64,000 nucleotides of DNA, taken from positions 67,084,001-67,148,000 of the forward strand of contig OX597825.1 in assembly GCA_951406725.2 (NCBI GenBank), in the 5' to 3' direction. How positions within the stretch are numbered: position 1 is the stretch's first letter; the number at the start of each line of letters is the position of its first letter. Positions 54,679 through 64,000 of the stretch are shown here, piece after piece. The notes beneath the pieces were generated by a model. It made no database searches and was not told the origin of the DNA. It saw only the letters and a program-made list of their open reading frames with translations. Made by a program: the position numbers and the translations under genes. This DNA is from Octopus vulgaris (taxonomy: Eukaryota).

Positions 54679-55469
54679 AAATGTCAATTCAGATCAATCT
54701 GATATGTGACAATGGAGTGGCTGTCATAATTGAAATGTCTGGATTTCAAAATATCCAGCAAAATTTATCCCGTATGTAACTGATATACATATCTCTATAT
54801 TTTATTATCAGAATACGCTACTCGGAAAACCTAGATAGTAAAGGATCGTGAACAGAAATATGTAAGAAATAAGGCTTGAATATAAAAACGATATTGATAG
54901 GAACTACTAATTTTATTTTGATAAGAAAATAAAGGCGGACAGCTGGCAGAATTGTTACCACGCTGGACGAAATTCTTTTCGGGGTCGTTAAACCAAGTAC
55001 CAGCGAAAAACTGGGGTCGGGTCGATAAGTTATGTACCAGTGAAACACAGGGATCGATGAAATCGACTCAACCCCGCATCCAAAATGGCTGCCGTTGTGG
55101 CAAAATTTGAAATTATTATAAGAAAATGAATTTACAAATGATGAATTACATAGAATCAAACTTTAAAATCTTAAACGGTTTTACAGTGAACAATTGCAGA
55201 ACAAAACCATAGCATAAAGAAATAAATTTGATATCGACAGCGCAGGATTAAATCCCATTAAGGTTAATTTGCTTTCAGGAGGCGATGAAAATTGAAGCAG
55301 TCAAGTATTAAGATTGGTCATTTCCGCACTAAAATTGAAGCCGATTAACTACTTTACAAATCGTTATTCCTATAACTATTATGACGGCGAGCTGGGAGAA
55401 TTGTTACTGCAAGAAAAAATTGCTTAGACGCATTTCTTCCGATATTGCGCTCTGAGGTCAAATGCCTCC

Positions 55470-55985
55470 GGTGTCAGGTTGAGTTAGATGTAATAAAGCA
55501 CAGGGTGTCGACTTAATCGAGAAAACACTAGGCACGAAATCAAAAATCGTCTGTCTATTTTAGGAATCAGTTCTGTCATTTACTGTTTATGGGTTTGTCT
55601 TTGCACTGTGGCCATGCTGGGGTAGAGCCGTGAAGAGTTTGGTGTCAGGTTGAGTTAGATGTAATAAAGCACAGGGTGTCGACTTAATCGAGAAAACACT
55701 TGGCACGAAATAAAAAATCTTCTGTCTATTTTAGGAACCAGTGCTGTCATTTACTGTTTACCGGTTTGTCTTTGCACTGTGGCCATGCTGGGGTAGAGCC
55801 GCGAAGAGTTTGGTGTCAGGTTGAGTTAGATGTAATAAAGCACAGGGTGTCGACTTAATCGAGAAAACACTTGGCACGAAATAAAAAATCTTCTGTCTAT
55901 TTTAGGAATGAGTGCTGTCATTTACTGTTTACGGGTTTGTCTTTGCACTGTGGCCATGCTGGGGTAGAGCCGGGAAGAGCTTGGT
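55470..55985 (+). repeat. Three tandem copies of a 171-bp unit
   Basis: GGTGTCAGGTTGAGTTAGATG starts at 55470, 55641 and 55812; the units are highly similar. Confidence 0.95.
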
Positions 55986-56171
55986 CGAAGAAGTCGCCTC
56001 CAGTAGTTATTCAAACTCTGAAAATTATTCCAACGGGTTCTTTTGTCGAACAACGATAGTTAAGAGGTGGTGAGAAACAAACGCAAACACAAGGACACAT
56101 GCATACACATATACAAGAACACACACATACAAGCATGCATGCATGCATACATACATACATACATACATACA

Positions 56172-56205
<34 letters not shown>

Positions 56206-56239
56206 CATACATACATACATACATACATACAGAGGACAA

Positions 56240-56530
56240 AAGACATGATCTGTTGTAGAGGAAAGTTGCCCAGCCCATGTGAAGATACAGGCGAAAGAGA
56301 AAATTGAGGGCGGATCAACGCAAAACTTAAAGCGCTTATAACCTGACAATGAATTCTCGTTTGTACCTATCATCGTGGGTGCATAAGGTTATGCATCAAC
56401 ACATTTTCACAAACCCTAGAAATATTCGGCTTCAAGCAGATGGAGCAGAAGAAACATACCCAGATTCTTGAAATCCAATCTATTAGTGGCACAGTGAAGA
56501 TTTTGTTTAGACATTGTAGAAATTTTCCAT
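56240..56530 (+). mobile_element. Degenerate RLE-type LINE C-terminal fragment
   Basis: VVEESCPAHV..PDNEFSFVPIIVGA*GY..EIQSISGTVKI resembles the R4/Dong endonuclease tail. Confidence 0.6.
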
Positions 56531-56597
56531 TTGAGATTCTTAGGTGAATAGATGCATCCTGGATGCATGTATTGGGTGTATGCCTCGACAGTTCTAT

Positions 56598-56631
<34 letters not shown>

Positions 56632-56637
56632 GCAAGG

Positions 56638-57033
56638 GCAAAATTTGTAATCGGGGTAAAATCGGAGTAATTCTTGGTTTCTTATTATTTTCTCCATTTT
56701 TGCCTGAAATCATTACAATGCAAGTATTGCATTATCATTTTATGCTGTTGCATCATCTTTACGAGTAAAAATTAGTCAGCATATAATTGTTGTTGTTGAA
56801 GTTGAGAAATTGTAAGATATACCAACTCAATCACATATTTAGAAACATCAGGAATTCTCATCACTCAAAAAACTTTGTCGCTATATTAGAGACCGGCTTC
56901 AAAGCGCTCAGAAAGAACTTAAATCAATCTCAAAAGATAAAACATACGTACTTGTATGTATGTGTGTGCGTGCGTGTGTATGTGTGTATGTGTGTGTGTA
57001 TGTGTGTGTGTGTGTATGTGTGTGTGTGTGTGT

Positions 57034-57064
<31 letters not shown>

Positions 57065-57372
57065 CGTGCGATGGGTTTCTGCACTGTTTCTGCCAGTAAA
57101 ATTCACACAGGTTTTGGGCTGTCCATGGGTACAATAAAAGACACTCGTTCGAAGTGTTGCGCATTGTAACTAAACACGAAACGACGTCATAGTAAATCGT
57201 GATCCTTAAACACACAGTGATGTGACCCAGACGATTTACGAGAGCGTTGACTAAAATACTGTGCTGCTTTCTACGCTTTTCTTTACATTCTGAGTTGAAA
57301 TCCATCGTTATCATATTTAACTTCGTGATTTCGGTGTTTGAAAGATAAAAGTAGTAGTAGTAGTATTAGTAT

Positions 57373-57439
<67 letters not shown>

Positions 57440-57792
57440 GGTGGTGGTGGTGGTGGTGGTGGTAGTGGTAGTGGCGGTGATATTAGTGGAGGTTGTGGTG
57501 GTAGTAGTAGTAGTGGTGGTGGTAGTAGAGTAGTAGTAGTTGTGGTGGTGGTGGTGGTAGTATAAGTAGTAGTAGTATTAGTAGTAGTAGTAGGAGGAGG
57601 AGGAGGGGGAGCAAAATTTGTAATCGGGGTAAAATGAGTAATTCCTTGTTTCTTATTATTTTCTCCATTTTTGCCTGAAATCATTACAATGCAAGTATTC
57701 CATTATCATTTTGTGCTGTTGCATCATGTTTAGGAGTAAAAATTAGTCAGCATATAATTGTTGTTGTTGAAGTTGGGAAGTTGTAAAATATA
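56638..57792 (+). repeat. About 183-bp dispersed direct repeat (56638-56821 and 57611-57792)
   Basis: GCAAAATTTGTAATCGGGGTAAAAT...GTTGTTGTTGAAGTTG is present twice with few differences. Confidence 0.92.
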
Positions 57793-58120
57793 GTCAGGTG
57801 ACAGAAACCATTTTATCTTTATGAAATTTTTCGTTAACATTCACCTGAATGTAATTGAGATTGCAAATAAAATATCTGGATAATTTTTAGTGTTTAAAAA
57901 TCAATATTCTTTTCTCTGTTGGATTCCAAGTCAATTTTTTTTCTCACACAAATATCTGATTTGATCATTTTCAATTTTCAAAAAAAAGATGGGGTAAAAT
58001 GAACCATGAATAATTTCAATAATTCCCTCTCTTTAACTGCACGGTGCATAAATATATCAGGAAAAGAGACACTGCAGCAGGTCGTGAAGAAACTGTAAGA
58101 GAATATTTTATGCTGAGCCA

Positions 58121-58353
58121 AGGCGGCGAGCTGGCAGGAACGTTAGCACGCCGGGCGAAATGCGTAGCTGTATTTCGTCTGCCGTTACGTTCTGAGTTCA
58201 AATTTCGCCGAGGTCGACTTTGCCTTTCATCATTTCGGGGTCGATTAAATAAGTACCTGTTACGCACAGGGGTCGATGTAATCGACTTAATCCGTGTGTC
58301 TGTCCTTCTTTGTCCCCGCTGTGTATAGCCTCTTGTGGGCAGTAAAGAAATGG
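58121..58353 (+). mobile_element. Family B SINE, full length with TSD
   Basis: Full consensus; TSD ATATTTTATGCTGAG (58103-58117) / ATATTTTATGTTGAG (58354-58368). Confidence 0.92.
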
Positions 58354-58814
58354 ATATTTTATGTTGAGTCTTTTTGATTTAATAGGGTTTTGTTAATTTC
58401 TTATGAGGTGCCATTTTTCTATGTTCCTCTTTCATTTGACCTATATATTTTAAATGTCTGTTGCATTAATGATCTTTCTCATGTTTAAGGATGGATTTTG
58501 ATGTGTATACGTGTTTTCAAATGTAATTCTGAAGAATTGAAGAAGCACATTTTCCTTTTCTTGGCTTCCTGAAATAGCTTTCAGACTATGGCATAATGTT
58601 TTTAATGTATTTAGAAAATGTAATTTGCGTAGCCGAGATAGTTTTAATAATGTAGTGAACATTTGCCACAAATATGTGTCTTCCCAAAATCGAAAATGAA
58701 GCAAAAACTCCTCTCTATGTCCACCCACCCACTTACTTTTGGCTTCACTAAAGGTTGACAAAATGAAGTAAAATCTCCAATCTATGTCCACCCATCCACT
58801 TACTTTTGGTTTCA

Positions 58815-59895
58815 CATTTTGGCATAAGGCCAGCAATTTTGAGGAAAGATATCTGTCAATTAGCAGTGATCAGCTGGTACTTATTTTTTCCAACTGCAAA
58901 AAGAGAAAGTCGATGTCGCCGGGATTTGAACCCAGAACGTAAAGGGTGACAAAATGCTGCTGAGCATTTTTCCCGAAGTACAAACGATTCTGTCAACTCA
59001 CCGCCCAATTAGAAAAATAAAATATTCGTGACAATAATGTGGACCATAATGTAGGCCCTTGTTGCTCTACAATAAAACAATATATTATTTCTCAGCTTGA
59101 ATATTGATCTACTCTCGTTAAATTCAATCCTTTGGATTCTTTTCCTTACCATTTTCTTTACCATAAAACTTACTCACTGAGCATTGTATTCTTTTCCACT
59201 ATAAAATTTTCATTAATCTTTTATGTATTTCTTTATCTATTCGTTATTAGCGAGGCGGCGAGATGGAAGTATTTTTAACACGCCGACAAAATGCTTAGTG
59301 AATTTCATTCGCTTTTACACCCTGAGTTCAAATTTCGCAATGGTCAATTTTGCCTTTCATACACATTCAGTTTCGATAGAATTACGTGCCAGTAAAGAAC
59401 AGGGATCGATGTAATCAACTTTCCTCATCCCCACAGAAAATTCCGATAAAAACGATCATGATTATTATAAAAGCGGCGGGCTGGCGGAATTGGGAGCGAA
59501 TCGAAATAAGATAAATTATCAGTCTTATTTCTTCCTGCTAAAGTTCTGAAGTGAATTTCACTGAAAACCACTTTGCCTACCGTTCTTTCGAATTCGATGA
59601 AATAAATACCGGTTGAGCACAAGGGTCAATGTAATTGACTAGCCGCTCACCACATAATTTCACCCCTAATGCCTATAGTACAAAGGATTGTCATAATTAT
59701 TTAAGGCGATGAACTGATGTGCCGTAAAAAACGCTTAGCGGCATTTCTTCAGTATATACGTTCTTCCGTCAAGGTCGACATTGTCTTTCGTCCTTCTGAG
59801 GTCGATGCAATAAGTACCAGTTGAACACTGATATAAGTGTAATCGACTTAATCTCTTCCCTAAAATCTTTGTTCTTGTGCATATAGTAGACAGAA
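58815..59895. mobile_element. Cluster of degenerate family B SINEs (one minus, three plus in tandem)
   Basis: Minus copy at about 58815-59005; plus copies start near 59252, 59472 and 59703. Confidence 0.7.
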
Positions 59896-60256
59896 ATATA
59901 TTTTTGTGAAACAATCAAGATTTCGTAGAGGCTTAACCTAGCTTTGATCCGTTTACGTTTTATTTTTAATACATATACTGTCATGTTTTATTTACGTAAG
60001 AATGTTTATGAAAGGCAATATTTCTTTGTATTATATTTCATTCTTTTCTTAATTATATGTCAATGTGTATGCATGTGTGTATATGTATACATATGATAGT
60101 ATTTTGAACCTTCCTTTTTGCTTTGCCGTTGTGATATGTGATAGTACGTACATAGTAATCTTGCCTACAAAGTGAAAGCAAATTAAATATCACATTTAAT
60201 AAAAAGAAGAATAAGTAGTAGTGCACACATACAGACTCACGCATAAATTTATACAA

Positions 60257-60390
60257 GGAGGCGCATTGGTCCAGTGGTTAGGGCAGCGGATTCGGGGTCG
60301 TAGGATCGCGGTTTCGATTTCCAGATCTGTTGTATTTATTAACCGAAAACATCTCTACGAGGATCCAGCAGGGGGTGGTGGCGAACCCTG
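60257..60390 (+). mobile_element. Family A SINE 5' fragment
   Basis: GGAGGCGCATTGGTCCAGTGGTTAGGGCAGCGGATTCG..GGTTTCGATTTCCAGA. Confidence 0.8.
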
Positions 60391-60570
60391 GGATATTTGC
60401 ATTTTGACCGGCAGATTTAAAAAATAGTTTTTTGTAACTAAACACTTTCAAACTTCATATACTGGTAGAATGTGTCATATAAAACATCGTTTATTCTCGT
60501 AGCATGAGAAAAATTTGTTTTCGAAGTTCTCGTGTTTCGGTAATTGCAACCAATCAATGACGTGTATTCA

Positions 60571-60725
60571 GCTGAATAAAATTACTGCTGTTGTTTGTCA
60601 ACAAAAACTGTCGGCGGTGTATTTAGCACTTAGTTGCTGAAGCATAAATGTCGTTAAAGCAAATATTCTGCTGAATAAAATTACTGCTGTTGTTTGTCAA
60701 CAAAAACTGTCGGCGGTGTATTTAG
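60571..60725 (+). repeat. 56-bp direct repeat, 99-bp period
   Basis: GCTGAATAAAATTACTGCTGTTGTTTGTCAACAAAAACTGTCGGCGGTGTATTTAG at 60571-60626 and 60670-60725. Confidence 0.92.
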
Positions 60726-60864
60726 GGGTTTGAATAAATGTAACAGAGGAAAAGTTTGAAGGAAATATTAACCATTTTTTATACCTTCTAAGGAAATAGG
60801 AATTAACAGTTGCTACCCAAGGACAAAAATCGTGTTATTCAGTGTGATAAATATTATCTAGCCT

Positions 60865-61055
60865 GGCTATGCGATAAAATGTCTGCTTCTCAACCACATG
60901 GTCTCAGGTTCAGACCCACTGCATGGCACCTTGGGCAAGTGTTTTCTACAAAACACCGGGGCCAACTAAAGCCTTGTGGGTGAATGTGTTAGACGGAACC
61001 CGATCGAAGTGCATCGTATAAGTGCATATGCACAGACACAAACACAGACACACAC

Positions 61056-61128
<73 letters not shown>

Positions 61129-61375
61129 TACATACATATGTATATATACATACATATATATATACACACATTCATACACGTGTGTATGCGTATCGATGTG
61201 TTTGTATTTGTGCCCCAACAACGCTTGATACCCAGTGTTATTTTCTTTATGTCTGTAACTTAGTGGTTCACCAAAATTAGATGTCATAAGTGCAACACTT
61301 TAGAAACAGAAGTCCTGGGGTCGCTCTTCAAAGCAGCCTCCTTCTATGTCCGCCGCTCAATGACTGAAACAGTTA
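60865..61375 (+). mobile_element. Family C SINE with expanded internal microsatellite
   Basis: CAACCACATGGTCTCAGGTTCAGACCCACTGCATGGCACCTTGGGCAAGTG ... GTCCTGGGGTCG..AATGACTGAAAC. Confidence 0.8.
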
Positions 61376-61954
61376 ATACATGATAGATATATAAATATTA
61401 TAATTATTATAGATATTATTAATTGCATATGTGATATAACGGGTGTTAAACATCGATTATATTCGATCGGGTTCTGACTTCAAACATCGCTATATTCGAA
61501 ATTTTAGCTTTTATCCTTCCTGAGTCGATAACGCAAATACCAGAAAGTTCAGGGTTTATTTAATTATTTAGTCGTTTCTCAATAAATATTTGGCCTCATA
61601 CCAGGAGAAATCATAATAATAGTTTTTAAGGATGTAGTCTCAGTAAATTGGATATGACATAAGTAGTTAAACTTTCTTCTGTAATTTGAAATTGCTTCTT
61701 AAATAACTACTGTGGTAGTATAGAAATAAACATCACAGTATGAATATAAGCTAATAACAGCAAGAAATTAAATCAAAATTGTTTTCCCACCTTTAGGGGA
61801 ATTAGCAAGTAGTGAACATAAGCAAATGTGTCATGTGAACATATGGAAATGTAGCTGCGAAAAAGAAATAGGTTATAAAATAATAGATTTAAAAATAGTT
61901 AAATAGTGGGAAAAAAATATATGTTAGAAAGAAAATACCCACATGGGTATTATT

Positions 61955-62352
61955 ATTTGTCTTTAACACAGCTTCTATTGGAGCTCCTGAAGTCTTATAT
62001 GCGTAGTGGTCTTGCTACATGCAACCTACGGTACATTGCTATCCAGTCTTTTCAGCTATCTAATACTTTCCTGATTATTCTGGCTGTGCCAAGGAGGCAA
62101 ACATTTTGTAACAGTTCTACTGGACACTGTATTCCATTTTCCCTACAATTCTCCTTGAATGGTTTCATCCATTCTATTCTAGATGCGGTACAGCAGAGAC
62201 ACTTGCTCATTCCTAATGATGACCCACCAGTTCGTGGACAAAGCCTGCTCTTGCACTGACAGTATAGAGCTCTCGGTCTCTTTTTTTAGCCTTCGTTTTA
62301 TCAGCCAACCCCACCTACTTTTTTCCTGCAACCTCTGCTGTGGTTGCATGGA
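61955..62352 (-). mobile_element. Internally deleted R4/Dong-like LINE derivative
   Basis: Minus strand WGWLIKRRLKKETESSILSVQEQALSTN joined to the C-terminal ELLQNVCLLGTARIIRKVLDS; TTA repeats on both sides. Confidence 0.75.
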
Positions 62353-62416
<64 letters not shown>

Positions 62417-62606
62417 GTATTCTTTATTGCCCATAAGGGGCTAAACATAGAGGGGACAAACAAGGACAGGCAAACAGATTAAGCCGATTAAATAGACACC
62501 AGTGCGTAACTGGTACTTAATTTATCGACCCTGAAAGGATGAAAGGCAAAGTCGACCTCGGCGGAATTTGAACTCAGAACACAAAGACAGACGAAATACT
62601 GCTAAG

Positions 62607-62610
<4 letters not shown>
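62417..62610 (-). mobile_element. Family B SINE inserted in (TTA)n
   Basis: Reverse complement of the family B body and long tail. Confidence 0.88.
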
Positions 62611-62667
<57 letters not shown>

Positions 62668-63566
62668 GTTGTTGTTGTTGTTGTTGTTGTCGTCGTAGTC
62701 GCTGTTGATATTATCAGTAAATCATTAATGCTCACAACAAGGTTACATTAATGTATATAAATAGATAACGTTCGTAATGATATTCATAATATCTATACAC
62801 AAAATAATTCAATAAAATATTTAAATACGGCGACGCCTATAAAATACCTTAAGTTCATTAATATTCCATTAGTGTTTCGAGCGAGTGGTTATAGGCATGC
62901 CAGACCACGTATTTCTTGTTCATATCATACAGGATATAATAATGAATTGTTATGTAAAAGTATTCGTCTCCGCCTGATATCTACAACCTAATATATTAAC
63001 AATGAGTTCAACCATCACCGCCATCATATATATTATACAATCTGTACTAACAAGTACAATAATATATCAGTGTTTAAGTAAAATAGACAACGTCAGAACA
63101 ACACATAGTACTCAATATGATATATTTGACTTTAGAAACTTTTATAATGAGTGTTTTTTGGCTGATGGTTTTCTTTGGCCGAGGATTCGATTGAAGTTCT
63201 TAACGATGCGTTTCATCTATTGCCCGCTGTATATCCTTCATACGATAGAACGGAAATGTTTGATGTCGACAAAATGATAATTAGTGATTTTCGCATGAAT
63301 TGTTGACGTTTTGCAAGAATTGCATGAATGACTTTGGAAAGTGTTTCTATATTCCGTCTAACATTAGATATTGTTTAGTAGTAGCTTAGCACTGAATCAC
63401 GAGTGTCAAACAGCCACCATCAACCAGAATGTTTTCTCTTACTGTTGCTGTGCTGCGGCTGTTTAAAGACTTAGTCATCGCCGATCGTGACGAAGGACGA
63501 TTTTCTTCGTCATTGTGTCCGGCATTGCGTATGTGTGTGTGTGAGTGTTTGTATGTGTAGGGTGTA

Positions 63567-63614
<48 letters not shown>

Positions 63615-63617
<3 letters not shown>

Positions 63618-63768
63618 TATTGCAGATGCAGCACAGCGGCGACACTTGCTCATTCGTAAGGTTAACCCTCTATTTCGTGGCCAAACGTTACTCTTGTACT
63701 GGCAGTATAGTGCTCTCGGTCTCATCTATTTTCTCCTGCAACCTCTGCTTTGGTTGCATGGAATTATT
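63615..63768 (-). mobile_element. Second copy of the Dong-derived segment at 62170-62352
   Basis: GACACTTGCTCATTC..CAGTATAG..CTCTCGGTCTC..CCTGCAACCTCTGCT..GGTTGCATGGAATTAT is shared. Confidence 0.75.
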
Positions 63769-63902
63769 TACTTATATATTGATTATTCATTTTTGTACTT
63801 TTTGCGATCTAGTTATATGTTTTAAAAAATATATTTTATTTTCTATTTATGATTCGGTTTATGTCTATCATTGTTTGAATTGCATAATAATGTTTTTTTC
63901 TC

Positions 63903-63974
<72 letters not shown>

Positions 63975-64000
63975 TCTGCTTCACTTAATTACGTTGTTCA

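Noticed and set aside
55470-55985. CRISPR-like or alpha-satellite interpretation of the regular repeats
   Set aside because: No unique spacers or cas genes in this eukaryotic context. The 171-bp unit derives from local SINE ends, and I see no resemblance to alpha satellite beyond length.

Overview
AT-rich, microsatellite-saturated animal non-coding DNA. The tRNA-derived SINE families and repeat landscape suggest an octopus/cephalopod genome; this is an inference and no database was searched. I find no supportable host protein-coding exon. Nearly all ORFs in the track come from microsatellites or decayed transposons. The window holds three tRNA-headed SINE families (about 30 copies, several with clear target-site duplications) and decayed LINEs (Tx1-like, R4/Dong-like in TAA repeats, RTE). 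It also holds Tc1 and mariner remnants, a tRNA-Gln(CTG) pseudogene, local tandem duplications and foldbacks. The most interesting signal is a set of short, non-coding, mostly (TA)n-abutting elements from several unrelated sequence families. Each carries a type I hammerhead-ribozyme fold a short distance upstream of its 3' junction: 28521+, 48734-, 29693- (with a compensatory U3-A8 core), 4496+, 1876-, and a multicopy family with a non-canonical CUGUNGA core. Some are arranged as partial tandem or inverted repeats, as expected for Penelope-like element pseudo-LTRs or retrozymes. All ribozyme calls are manual folds; cleavage activity is untested.
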